Shown: one piece after another, positions 52,527 to 64,000 of the stretch
How positions within the stretch are numbered: the stretch's first letter is position 1
Layout of the letters: the number at the start of each line of letters is the position of its first letter
Source of the DNA: Mobula hypostoma
Taxonomy: Eukaryota
Reading direction: 5' to 3'
Assembly (NCBI RefSeq): GCF_963921235.1
Contig: NC_086097.1
Span: forward strand, 91,452,001 to 91,516,000
DNA: 64,000 nucleotides
Translations under genes and position numbers: made by a program
Notes under the pieces: generated by a model
Told to the model about the DNA's origin: nothing
Seen by the model: only the letters and a program-made list of their open reading frames with translations
The model's database searches: none

Positions 52527-53202
52527 ATGAATGTATGGTGATATACAAAAAGAAGGAGAATCCTATCTGCAGGCTGAGAATAAACAGGGAAGACAAAAAA
52601 CAAGTACAGAACTTTTGCTACTTAGGAAGCTTGGTACGTCAGATGGCAGGTGCAACATGGACATCAAAAGAAGAATAGGGATGGCAAAAGACATCTTTAC
52701 GAGAATGAAGAGTATACTGACCAATACTAAACTAGGCATGACAACCTGCCTCAGAGTACTGAAATGTTACGTTTATCCAGTTATGCTACATGGCTCAGAA
52801 TGTTGGACAATACCTAGTAACATGAGGAAATGAATTGAAGCAGCAGAGATGCGGTTTTTGAGGAGGATGCAAAGAACATCATGGACGAAACGAATATCTA
52901 ACGAGGATATCATGAACAGAGCAAACACAAAAAGAGAAATAATGTATTACATCATGAAAAGGCAACATAACTTCATTGGACATGTGGTTAGGAAAGAGGA
53001 GTTAGAATGCATGGTAATTATGGGAAAGATTGAAGGGAAGAAAGCAAGAGGAAGACTAAAACAAATGATGATGCAGACAGCAGCCAGAGAACCTGAAATG
53101 AATACCAATGAATTGATCCACTTGACCCGAAACAGGAGTGTGTGGGCCATGGCAGTCAAAGCTCAAACTGGGCATGGCACCTGATGATGAAGATGATGAT
53201 GA
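52527..53202 (+). mobile_element. RTE-clade LINE 3' fragment with (GAT)n tail
   Basis: F.YLGS...DIKRRIGMAK...YPVML.GSECWT...AAEMRFLRRM...GKIEGKKARGR, then TGATGATGAAGATGATGATGA. Confidence 0.88.
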
Positions 53203-53412
53203 GAGTAAGAGACAAACAGATTACTGCGTCTTTCCTAAAGGGGATAACAGAACTGCTTCTTCCAACTGGATGGCCTTATGTTCAACATCACTGTTTTACG
53301 CTCCAGATGTAATTAATTTATTGCATTCATTTTGAAAACTCCTTGGTGGGAATTGAACTAGCATCTCATGATTAATAATTCAAACAACATTTATCCTCTC
53401 ACAAGATCATAC

Positions 53413-53548
53413 CTGATGTAAGACTCCTTTTTACCACACACGACACACAGGTTCTGCTTGGTTATCAGATAATAGTCTTGCTGGGACTCAGGTCTTCCTG
53501 ATGGTTCAAATTTCAGCTTCACAATAAATGGATCCTTGCTGATAAGCT
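53413..53548 (-). CDS. EXD2: EXD2 internal coding exon, (E)LISKDPFIVKLKFEPSGRPESQQDYYLITKQNLCVVCGKKESYI(R)
   Basis: Not in the ORF track; read manually on the minus strand. Acceptor ttcattcag, donor gtatga, 136 bp, in frame with both neighbours. Contains the CxxC of the EXD2 C-terminal HNH-like region. Confidence 0.95.
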
Positions 53549-54348
53549 CTGAATGAACAACAGGCAGCTGCTCAGATTCAAGAGGACGGGCTTTCTGACT
53601 ATTAGCACATACTGACCAGATGCTGGTCTTGTCATTTCAGTTATTAAAAAGCATCATGACAAAGAAACTAAATTAATGGGCATATATAAGCAAACATTCC
53701 TAAAAATAATAAAATAATGTTAATACTGCAATGAAGCCACAGTAAGCAATCAGGGAAGAAAGGGAAAAGGGAGACAAGGGAATAATGGGAAAGAAATGGA
53801 GGGAATATGAGGTGAAAGGAAACATGGAAGTGTTTTGAAAAAGGAAGGGACAACCAAGGAAAGGGTGAGCTCTGCAGGAGCTAAGGGATGGGATGGAATG
53901 GGCAGGAAGGAGGAAATAAACAGAATGTTTAAATGGGGGAGTGGGCACTGAAGGACATACAGAGAGAAATTAAAGGAGAATAAATGAAAGTGAAGGCCAA
54001 GGGGGGAAGAGAGTAATAGCATGTATGTAGAAATATATTGTAATGATATACGTTTCTCTTTGGAATGCACAGATACCAATTAAAATCTGATTGAATGAGG
54101 TGAAGTGTGAATTAGATTTTACAGTAATCAAAAAGATGTCATCTACGAAAGTAGTAGGGGAAACTGTAGATGGAATCCGTCAATCAGTTTTACGATGAAT
54201 TCAGAATGACGCAGGTAGCTATTGACTAAGTGATTTCATACGAGTGCCTATTACCATTTTTTATGCTTCCTCTGTGCCTTGTTAATCTAAATAGTGACAG
54301 CACAATTCACTCTCTCATGAAAGACATATCATTCTCTTTTCCACATAC

Positions 54349-54455
54349 CCCCAATGCCCTTGTCTAGATACCATTGAGCCTTCTTCCTGTCGCAGGTGCA
54401 CAGAGGTTGCCCGTCTGGAGCATGGAGGAAACAGTTGTCATACAGTGGTGATTTC
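54349..54455 (-). CDS. EXD2: EXD2 internal coding exon, (R)KSPLYDNCFLHAPDGQPLCTCDRKKAQWYLDKGIG
   Basis: Peptide closely matches my recollection of vertebrate EXD2. Acceptor cacag, donor gtatgt. The terminal G joins AG of the next exon to give Glu. Confidence 0.95.
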
Positions 54456-55754
54456 CTGTGAATAATCAAACAAACAGCAATTATTTCACTTGAGGACATA
54501 TCTAGAGCACACAGTTTCATTGTAGAGAATGTGAAAGAAACTACTGGTGTCAATGGTATATAGATATTCACCTTCACCTACCAATGGAACTGACAGTCTA
54601 ATTGGAAATGAGAGCAAATCTAAGTAGTACCCATGGCCATTTATCTAACCAATGAAGTAATTTATATCTGCACAATTTGATCCTCTCGTGGCATAATTCT
54701 GTCCTATTCTGTATTAAATATTTCTTTATTACTAATACCAGATAAAGTAAAATCCAAGTTTGGAAGTTGATCACTGAATTCCCAGAAATCACAGAGCTGA
54801 ATTTCCCCACTCCCTTTTTGAGAAGTAAAACATTGCAATGTTCTTTTGTACTGTTTTGGGATTTTTTTGATTTTTCCTTGATCTCTGCTGAAAGACCAGC
54901 TTATGCTTCACAGTTCAGATTTTGGTTCAGTGATGGTATTTGTTATCATTACTCTGAAAGTGCCAGCTGTTCATGGTAAGCAGAAGTGCAGTTGCACGCT
55001 GATGTCAATGTCGACTTGCTCCTCCACAAGGTGTGCTATTTTACTGACCTCTCAGGCACAACCTCCAAAATCGGTGAACTGGCAGAATGTCAAGTACAGG
55101 TAACCCCTGCATTAGGGAGGGCCTTTATTTCTAAAATGCAAAACCATGTTATCTGAGCATACATTAAGAACACAAATTGGAAAAAAAATTGATTTATTTG
55201 CCTTCTCCCCACCACATAAATTATATGAGAGTAAATTTTATTTGAAATCTCAAACTTTTTGGGTTGTGAATTCTGTAAGAGTGGATTTCCATAACCCAAA
55301 GGGCAATAACATGGGGTTGCCTGATTTACAAACTATTCAGAATAAAGTATTCTTAAAAGGTTACTTTTGGATGCTAAGGGGCAACTTAGCTTTAAATGGT
55401 GTACTAAGCCATAGTCATTGTTTGGTAAGCTCTCTGCACCCCCCACAGAACCAGTGGATGACAAGCCCTCAAATAATTGCAAATACACAAAATGTTTTGC
55501 TATCTTATGATCTTTCAAGCAATACATTAATATAATTTGCATGATTCAATCCTTATTTAGTGCCTCTTAAAATAGTTAATATATTTACTGAACGTTTTGC
55601 ATTATTATTGCTGATTTATCATCACTGTGAAAATTTGTGATGACAGCTTGGGGCTGAGCATGAGAGAGCCTTCACTACTATCAGACATTAGTTATGAAAA
55701 TCTTTGACCAGTGGGTTTCCCCCCCAAAGTTAGCACTGACTACAACAGTTATTG

Positions 55755-56200
55755 GTGAAACCCCGCCTAGTTTCCTTGGCTGCGCACGTCTAGGGAAAAC
55801 ACACTCCGGTCCCGCCAAACCCGTGAGATTGAGATGACTCTCCCACCCCAAAGCCCGGTTAAAGGAACTACATTTATGAATCTTAACTAAAGTTTAGTAA
55901 AGAAAGAAAAAAAACAAAAAAGGGCCCATTATAATTAAGCAGTCAAATGTGTACAAGTTGGAACTCAATTCTTCCAAAATTCATATACACCAAACATCAG
56001 TCGATCCTGGTACTTGGCTCCATCAAATTAGGGTCCCCCACCAGGTAGAATCCTACAACCGGTTCTCTCCAGGTCTTCTCTCTTCATTTCCCGCCGAACA
56101 AAGAACCCAGCTCACACTCCAAAGCACCCATTATCTCTAACCTTAACCCAAACACCGCTTCTATAGACAGACCATTACGTTAGCAGTGAAACCTTTTGGC
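55755..56200. mobile_element. LTR-like fragment
   Basis: AAAGGGCCCATT...GGAACTCA block resembles 11320-11390. Start resembles 7190-7270. Confidence 0.4.
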
Positions 56201-56329
56201 TTGCTCCAAAATAATAGACTATAAAGACATAATTTCATGAGCTATACAAGTGTCATCTGTGGCTGAACTGATAAATCTCTTGCCTCTGCCACATTTTTAA
56301 GCTGGGGCCTTACTTGCACTTAATTCACT

Positions 56330-56530
56330 CTCTGGTGCAGTGCTGCAGTGCTGCACTGCTGCAGGAGCCAGCCGTGTTTCGGATGAGACTAAATCGAGGC
56401 TGTGTCTATTGACTCCAGCAGGTCTAACAGGCCCCATGGGAACCATTTCAAAGAAGAGCTAAAGAGTTATTTTCCATACTTATCCCTCAACAAACATTAC
56501 TGAAACATATTATCCTGTAATTATCAGAAG
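56330..56530 (+). mobile_element. Deu-domain SINE remnant
   Basis: GTGCTGCACTG...TTTCGGATGAGAC..AAATCGAGG...CCCATGG...TTTCAAAGAAGAGC...TTATCCCTCAAC matches the Deu core as I recall it. Confidence 0.7.
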
Positions 56531-56874
56531 ATGTTCATTTGACTTGTGTAGCCTGAAGATTTTTGTATTCCATTTTCCTGGTTATATGAGAACTGCTCAG
56601 TCAGCAATGTTGATGAAATATTCTGGCAAATTTTGATCAAAAATTCAAATTTAAGTAAGAATTAATTGACTACAAGCTGGAAAGCACTTTCTAAAATGTT
56701 TTACAATGTAAAAATAAATCTTCCTTTTTTGAAATGGTACTGGTACAAGAGAAAAGACAAAACTGCACAACCTAATGAAGTTAATGTTCAATAAACTGCG
56801 TGTTAAGCTAAGTGAGAGACTTTTTTCTTCATTGTAGTTGTCTTAAAAATGTACTTAAAATTCTGAAAGCAAAC

Positions 56875-59865
56875 TACATAGACACAGGCCCTTTGATCCA
56901 TCTAGTCTGTGCTGAACTGTGATTGTCCCTGGTCCTGGACCATAGCTCACTATACCACTCCCATCCTTGCACTTAACCCAACTTCTCTTAAATGCTGCAA
57001 ACAAACCTACGTCCATCACATCCTGTGGCAGCTCGTTCCACCCTCACACTGCCCTCTGAGTGAAGAAGGTCCCCTTGAACATTTCACCTTTCATCCTTAA
57101 CCCACGACTTCTGGTTGGTGTCTCACCCAACCTCAGTGGAAAACCTGTTTGCATTAACCTTATCTATACTTCTCTTAATTTTGTATAACTCTTATTAAAT
57201 TTCTCATTTTCCTACACTCCTATGAATAAAGTCCTAACCTACTCAAACTAGCCCTATAACTCGGGTTCTCAAATCCTGCCAACATCCTTATATACTTTCT
57301 CGTCCTCTTTCAATCTTTTTGATATATTTCCTGTAGGTAGGTGACCAGATCTGCACAAAGTACTCCAAATTTGGCTTCACCAATGTCCTGTACAATTTCA
57401 GCATAATATCCCAATTCCTGTAGTCATTACTCTGATTTACAATGGCCAGTATGCCAAGAGCTCTCTTCACAACCCCATCTCTCTGTGACTCTGCTTTCAA
57501 GAAATTATGGATCTGCGTCCCCAGATCCCTTTGTTCTACTGCACTGCTCAGTGCTCTGACTTTCACTGTGTAAGCCTACCATGGCTTGTCCTCCCAAACG
57601 GCCAACACTTCACACTTGTCTGCATTTAACTCCAACAGCCATTTTTCCATCTGGCCCACAAACCACTGCAAGTTTTGATAGGCTTCTCGCGATACACTAT
57701 GCCCCTAATCTTGGTGTTGTCCTCAAATCTGCTGATCCAGTTTACTACATAATCATCCAAAACATTAATATAGATGACAAACAACAATGGAACCAGCACC
57801 AAAGCCTGTGGTACTACTCGTCACAGGCCTCCAGTCAGAGCGGCAACCATCTACTGCCACTTTCTGGCTTCTCCTAGTAAGTCAATGTTGAATCTAGTTT
57901 ACTACCTTATCATTAGTGCCAAGTGATGAACATTCTGGACTAGCCTGCATGTGGGAACTTGTCAAAGGCCTTGCTAAAGTCCATAGACAATGTCCACTGC
58001 ATTTCCTTCATTAGCTTTCCTGGTGACCTCCTAAAGAAACTCTACGATTATTTGGACATGACCCAAGACGCATTGACTATCCCTCATCAGGGTCTGTCTA
58101 TCCAAATACTTACAGTATATATCCTATTCTTTAGAATACCTTCCAATACTTTATCCATGACTAGCATCAGGCTCACCAGAATTATTCTTACAGTCTTTCT
58201 TGACCAACTGAACATTAGCTATCCTCTACTCCTCTGGCACCTCACCTGTGGCTAAGAACATTTTAACACCTCTGCCAACATCCCTGCAATTTTTGCACTA
58301 GCCTCCCACAGGGACTGAGGGCAGGCCCTAGGGACTTATCTACCCTAATTTGCCTCATGATGCAAGCACAATACATATACAAGCACTTTTCAAATGTGGG
58401 AAGAACCTCTCACCCTACCAAGATTTTCAAACTCCTGCTACCCTCTGGACGTAATCTAGATATGGTCCATAACTTCACTACTGTTTTGCCTCAGTTCTAT
58501 AGACTCCATGACTATTTCCCAAGTAAAAACAGATGCAAAAAATCTATTTACAATCTGCCCTATCACTTGCGGCTCCATGCATAGATGACTACGATGATCT
58601 TCATGTAAACAAACTTTGTCTCTTGTTATAATCTTGCTCTTAATATATCTGCAGAAGCCTTTTACCTTGTCTGTCAGAGCAACCCGTCTTCTAGCCCTCC
58701 TGATTTCCCTCAAGTGTTCTCTTGCATTTTTAAACTCAAGCACCTCATTTGTTCATTACCACCTATATACTTGGCATGCATTTCCTTCTTCCTAACCAGG
58801 GCATCAACATGCCATGAAAACCAAGGTTTACTAAACCTGCTATCCTTGCCTTTTTATTCTAACAGAAGAATACAAACTATACTCTCAATATTTCACTTCT
58901 GAAGGCCTCCCATTTACCAAGCATTCCTTTGCCAGAAAACAACCTATCCCAATCCACATCTGCCAGATTCCTTTTGATTAGATTAGATTATGAGGACACT
59001 CAGTCCTTATTTATTGTCATTTAGAAATGCATGCATGCATTAAGAAATGATACAATGTTGCTCCGGTGTGATATCACAAAAAAAAGGACAAACCAAAGAC
59101 TAACACTGACAAGACCACATAATTATAACATATAGTTACAGCAGTGCAAAACAATACCATAATTTGATAAAGAGCAGACCAAGGGAACGGTAAAAAAAAG
59201 TCACGAAGTTCCGATTGACTCCCGATAGTCCCGATAGCCCCGATAGTCCCGATAGCAGGCAGAAGAGAGAAACTCTCTCTGCCATAAACCTCCAGGCACC
59301 AACAACTGTTGATGCATTGGAAGCACCCGACCATAGCCGACACTGAGTTCGTCCGAAAACTTCGAGCCTCCGACCAGCCCTTCGACACCGAGCACCATCT
59401 GTGGCGAGCACCATCTCTGCTGAGCGCCTCGACTCTGTCCCAGCCGCCGAGCAATAAGCAAAGCCAAGGACTCGGGGCCTTCCCCTCCAGAGATTCAGGA
59501 TCACACAGTAGCAACGGCAGCGAAAAAGGCATTTCACAAGTTTCTCCAGATGTTCCTCTGTTCTCTCACGTTTGTCTCCATCAAATCAGGATTGTGCATG
59601 GCACCCCACTTAACAGATAACAGATATCATTCACTGGAGTGGCCGCGCAAGCTGCGTCACACCGCTATCTTCTCCTCCTCCAATGCCGTCAAAATTGATC
59701 TTTCTCTAATTTAGAATCTCAACCCAAGGACCAATACTATCTTCCATGATAATCTTTCAACTAATGGAATTATGATCACAATATCCAAAGTGTTTTCCCA
59801 GACACAATTCTGTCACCTGTCCTGTCTTGTTTCTGAACAGGAGATAAATATCTCACACTCTCATT
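56875..59865 (-). mobile_element. Older CR1 LINE, interrupted at about 58977-59682
   Basis: EQRDLG, LVKPNLEY, FFASVFT and 3' tail. Confidence 0.85.
58977..59682 (-). mobile_element. Non-coding non-autonomous retroelement with (AATCT)n tail
   Basis: Minus strand starts GGAGGAGGAGAAGATAGCGG, is CpG-rich, and has AATAAA before TAATCTAATCTAATC. Internal 9-bp tandem CCCGATAG(T/C). Confidence 0.65.
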
Positions 59866-60181
59866 CTCTCTCTTCCCCCCCTCCTCTCTCACTATGTTGG
59901 GTAAATAGTGAGAACTTAAAGTAGTAACTTCAATATTTTAAAGCAGTATCAAGATCAATGAATTATGTGACAACTACATCAGAAAAGCACGGTTGTATGC
60001 ACTGTGGTGCTGAGAATTCAAGATAATTAGGATACGATGTAAAATAAAAACTCACTGGGAAAGGGCTCAATTATCTCACTGGAGAATAAAAACCGTATGT
60101 TTTATGGCTGAAAGCTCAAATGGAGGGATAATAGAAATACATAGAGATAAGATTGCACCATCTGCAAGACGCAATATGGAC

Positions 60182-61896
60182 TTAGAACATAGGCCATAGG
60201 AACAGAATTAGGCCTGTCGACCCATGGAGTCTACTCCACCATTCCATTATTGTTAATTTATTATCCTTCTCAATCCCATTCTCCTGCCTTCTCCCTGTAA
60301 CCTTTGGTGCCTGACTAATCAAGAACCTATCAACAGCCACAGATTCCTACCCTCTGGCTAAAGAAATTCATCCTCAGCTGTGTTCTAAATGGATATCCCT
60401 CCATTCTGAGGCAGTGCCTTCTGGTCCTAGACTCGCCCACTATAGGAACCATCTTCTCCACATCCACTCTATCTAAGCCTTCCAATATTCAGTTAAGTTT
60501 CAATGAGATCCTCCCTCTTCTTCAAAACTCCAACAAGGAGAGGCCCAGAGCCATCAACTGCTCCTCAAATGTTGACCCTTTCATTCTCATAACTCCTCTA
60601 GACCCTTACAAAATACCAGCACATCTTTGCTTAGATAAGGGGTCCCAAATTTTTCGCAATGCACCAAGAGTCATCTGATTAATGCCTTATAAAGCCTCAA
60701 CATTACATCCTTGGCCTTGTATTCTAGTCCTCTTGAAATAACTGCTAAATTTGCATTTGCTTTCCTTACTAGTGACTCAACTTGCAAGTTAACCTTTAGG
60801 AAACCCTGCATAAGGACTCCCAAGTACCTTTACACTATTAAAAAACATCTCCCCATTTAGAAAATAGTCTATGCCTTTATTCCTTCTACCAAAGTGCATG
60901 ATTGTACATTGCCCTACTCTATATTCCATCTGCCACAATTTACCCCATTCTCCCAATCTAAGTGCTTTTGCAAACTTCCAGCTTCCTCAACACTAACTAC
61001 CTCTATATATATCTTTGTAGTGTCCGCAAACTTGGTCACAAAGCCATCATTCCGCCATCCAAATCACTGACAGAAAACTTGAAAAGAAGTGGTCCCAGCA
61101 CCACCCCTGCAAAAATTCATGTCACTGGCAGCTAACCAGAAAAGGGTCTCCTTATTCCCACCCTTTGCCTCCTGCCAGTCAGCCAATCTTCGATTCATGC
61201 TGGTATCTTTCCTGTAATAGCATGGTCTCTGCTCTTGTTAAACAGTCTCATGTGTGGCATCTTGTCAAAAACCTTCTGAAAATCCATGAAAATAACATCC
61301 ACTGACACTCCTCTGTCTGTCCTGCCCATTATTTCCCCAAAAAAATTCCAAGATTTATCAGGCAAGATTTCCCCTTAAGGAAGCCATGCTGATTTTGGTC
61401 GATTTTATCATGTACCTGCAAGTACCCCGAAACCACATTCTTAATAATGGACTCCAACATCTTCCCACCACCAATAATGAAGTCAGGATAACTGACCTCC
61501 AATTTCCTTTCTTCTGCCTCCCTCCCTATTTAGAGTGGAGTGACATTTGCAATTTTCCAGTCCTCCGGAACGATTCCAGAATCTAGTAATTCTTGAAAGA
61601 TCATTACTAATGGCTACACAATCTCTACAGCTTCCCCTTTCAGAACCCTGGGGTGCAGTCCATGTGGTCCAGGTGACTTACCCCCATTACTACCTCTCCA
61701 GTTTCATTTCCCAGTGCTCCAATATCCACTCTCATCTCTCTAACTTTTTATACATCTGAAAACCTTTTGGTATCTTCTTTTACATTATTGGCCAGCTTAT
61801 CTCTATATTTAATCAATACTTTCCTTACAGCATTTTTTTAGTTGCCCTCTGTTAGTTTTTAAAAGCTTCCCAATCCTCTAATTTTGCTATATTATA
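60182..61896 (-). mobile_element. Older CR1 LINE fragment
   Basis: CR1 tail and RT remnants (FADT-like, SPGPHG). Confidence 0.85.
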
Positions 61897-62689
61897 TGTA
61901 ACGCCCTGCTTAAGCTTTCTACTACTATACTGTAGGTACTTCATTTTAGAAGTTTTCTGTAAAAGCAATGTGTCCTGCTGGTAGAATGTTTTGGTTTTGG
62001 CTAAAGGTAAGGGGCCAAGTTGTTCAACTTAGAATGTTGTGTCAGTCAATCAGGATGGTGGGATCAGGAGAAGGTTCTAGAGAGGGCTGGGCAGAGAGAG
62101 ATCTGTGACAGACAGTGATCAGGTTTGTCGTCCTTTTGCAGGAGACATGAGGAGGAGAAGATCAGGAAGGATTTGATCTGTCGGTAAGAGGCTATTGCAG
62201 GGAGTGATTTGAAAGATGAAGGAGTCCAAGATGGCAAGGTCTACTGATGATTGGTGATGAGAATTCAGGGCTGTGAGTAGCAGTATACCCAGCTTTTGGA
62301 AGAGATGAGCTCCAACAGTCACGTGCACATTTAGGCTGTTCTAACTGTAATGGGTGCATTTTTTTTTCCCCTTTCGTTTCTTCCTCTTAATAACTGTTTG
62401 ATAAAGCTGAGACAGGTAAATATACTTTCCGTATAATTTTATGCTGGTGTATAATCTATTATTTCTTGGCGACCAGTAGTTCTGCATGGGCATTTACACA
62501 GCATTGCCTCAAAGCAATGTTCCATCAATCAGAACATCCAAACTTTCCTGTTCGGTTGAGTACTAAATTATACTGACCCTAGACGTATATTGTTTATGAA
62601 AGGTGGCCTTCTCACTGCTGAGTCATGAAACTGTTAACAGAGTTAGGTTTCAAGCCAAGTTCGCATTCTAGCTCGGTGAGAGGGTTACA
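61897..62689 (+). mobile_element. LTR (family A), possibly followed by a short internal remnant
   Basis: TGTAAC...GTTACA termini. Homologous to 9739-11855. Confidence 0.8.
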
Positions 62690-62965
62690 TTTTGTCTGGG
62701 GATTTTGTCTGTGTGAATGCTGTTTAAGAATTGAATAAGTGGTTTGTGTGTTTAAGCCCCTGTTTAAACTAATGCTGGGGAAAGTGATTAAGGGATTAAA
62801 ATTTGGTGCAATTCAAAGAGATTATCCACAAATAATGCTTGCCTTCTGAACAGGGTGGATATCTGAAGCCCTGATGAACTGCTAATTAGAGTGCTAAATT
62901 CTGTAAAAATATTGAAGAAAGTTATGCTGGTTGAAAGGTTTCTGACCAATTGGCTAGTAAGGATG

Positions 62966-64000
62966 TTAGAAACATAGAAAACCTACAGCACAATACAGGT
63001 CCTTCGGCCCACAAAGCTGTGCCAAACATGTCCCTACCTTAAAAATTACTAGGGTTACCCATAGCCCTCTATTTTTCTAAGCTCCATGTACCTATCCAAA
63101 AGTCTCTTAAAAGACCCCATCATATCCGCCTCCACCACCGTTGCCGGCAGCCCATTCCATGCACTCACCACTCACTGCGTAAAAAACTTACCCCTGACAT
63201 CTCCTCTGTACCTATTTCCAAGCACCTTAAACCTGTGTCCTCTTGTGGCAACCATTTCAGCCCTGGGAAAAAGCTTCTGACTATCCACACGATCAATGCC
63301 TCTCATCATCTTATACACCTCTATCAGGTCACCTCTCATCCGCAGTCGCTCCAAGGAGTAAAGGCCGAATTCACTCAACCTGTTTTCATAAGACACGCTC
63401 CCCAATCCAGGCAACATCCTTGTAAATCTCCTCTGCACCCTTTCTATGGCTTCCACATCCTTCATGTAGTGAGGCAACCAGAACTGAGCACAGTACTCCA
63501 AGTGGGGTCTCACCAGGGTCCTATATAGCTGCAACATTACCTCTCGGCTCCCAAATTCAATTCCATGATTAATGAAGGCTAACAGGCCTTCTTAACCACA
63601 CAGTCAACCTGCGCAGCTGCTTTGACCGTCCTATGGACTCGGACCCCAAGGTCCCTCTGATCCTCCACACTGCCAAGAGTCTTACCATTAATACTATACT
63701 CTGCCAGCATATTTGACCTACCAAAATGAACCACTTCACACTTATCTGGGTTGAACTTCATCTGCCACTTCTCAGCCCAGTTTTGCATCCTATCAATGTC
63801 CCGTTGTAACCTCTGACAGCCCTCCACACTATCCACAACACCCCCAACCTTTGTGTCATCAGCAAATTTACTAACCCATCCCTCCACTTCCTCATCCAGG
63901 TCATTTATAAAAATCATGAGGAGTAAGGGTCCCAAAACAGATTCCTGAGGTACAGCACTGGTCACCGATCTCCATGCAGAATATGACCCGTCTACAACCA
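62966..64000 (-). mobile_element. Young CR1 LINE 3' part, running off the window
   Basis: PQESVLGP...FADDTK...LVRPHLEYC...RGDLIEVYK and tail. Confidence 0.92.

Noticed and set aside
42486..64000. Excess of CR1 copies in the sense orientation within EXD2 introns
   Set aside because: Small numbers, and a similar minus-strand excess is present outside the gene.

Overview
Vertebrate, repeat-dense genomic DNA. The CR1, V-SINE, Deu-SINE and Penelope complement suggests a cartilaginous fish (inference). The only host gene I can support is the 3' half of EXD2 on the minus strand: four coding exons (54349-54455, 53413-53548, 39289-39645, 38059-38275) with GT-AG boundaries and compatible phases. Upstream exons lie beyond the window. 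Most of the rest is transposon debris: CR1 LINEs, Penelope-like elements (PLEs) with GIY-YIG remnants and hammerhead-ribozyme motifs, a degraded Gypsy element with nested insertions, solo LTRs, Rex1- and RTE-type LINE pieces, SINEs, Tigger/pogo elements and a Chapaev3-like transposon. I found no convincing novel multi-gene system. The most notable observations are the minimal hammerhead motifs (one at the centre of a 145-bp fold-back), an apparent gene-conversion tract between two inverted CR1 copies flanking the last EXD2 exons, a four-level nested insertion at a Gypsy RT active site, a twin-priming-like CR1 inversion and a captured 39-bp minisatellite. Family assignments come from motif recognition, not database searches, and TE boundaries are approximate unless a TSD is given.
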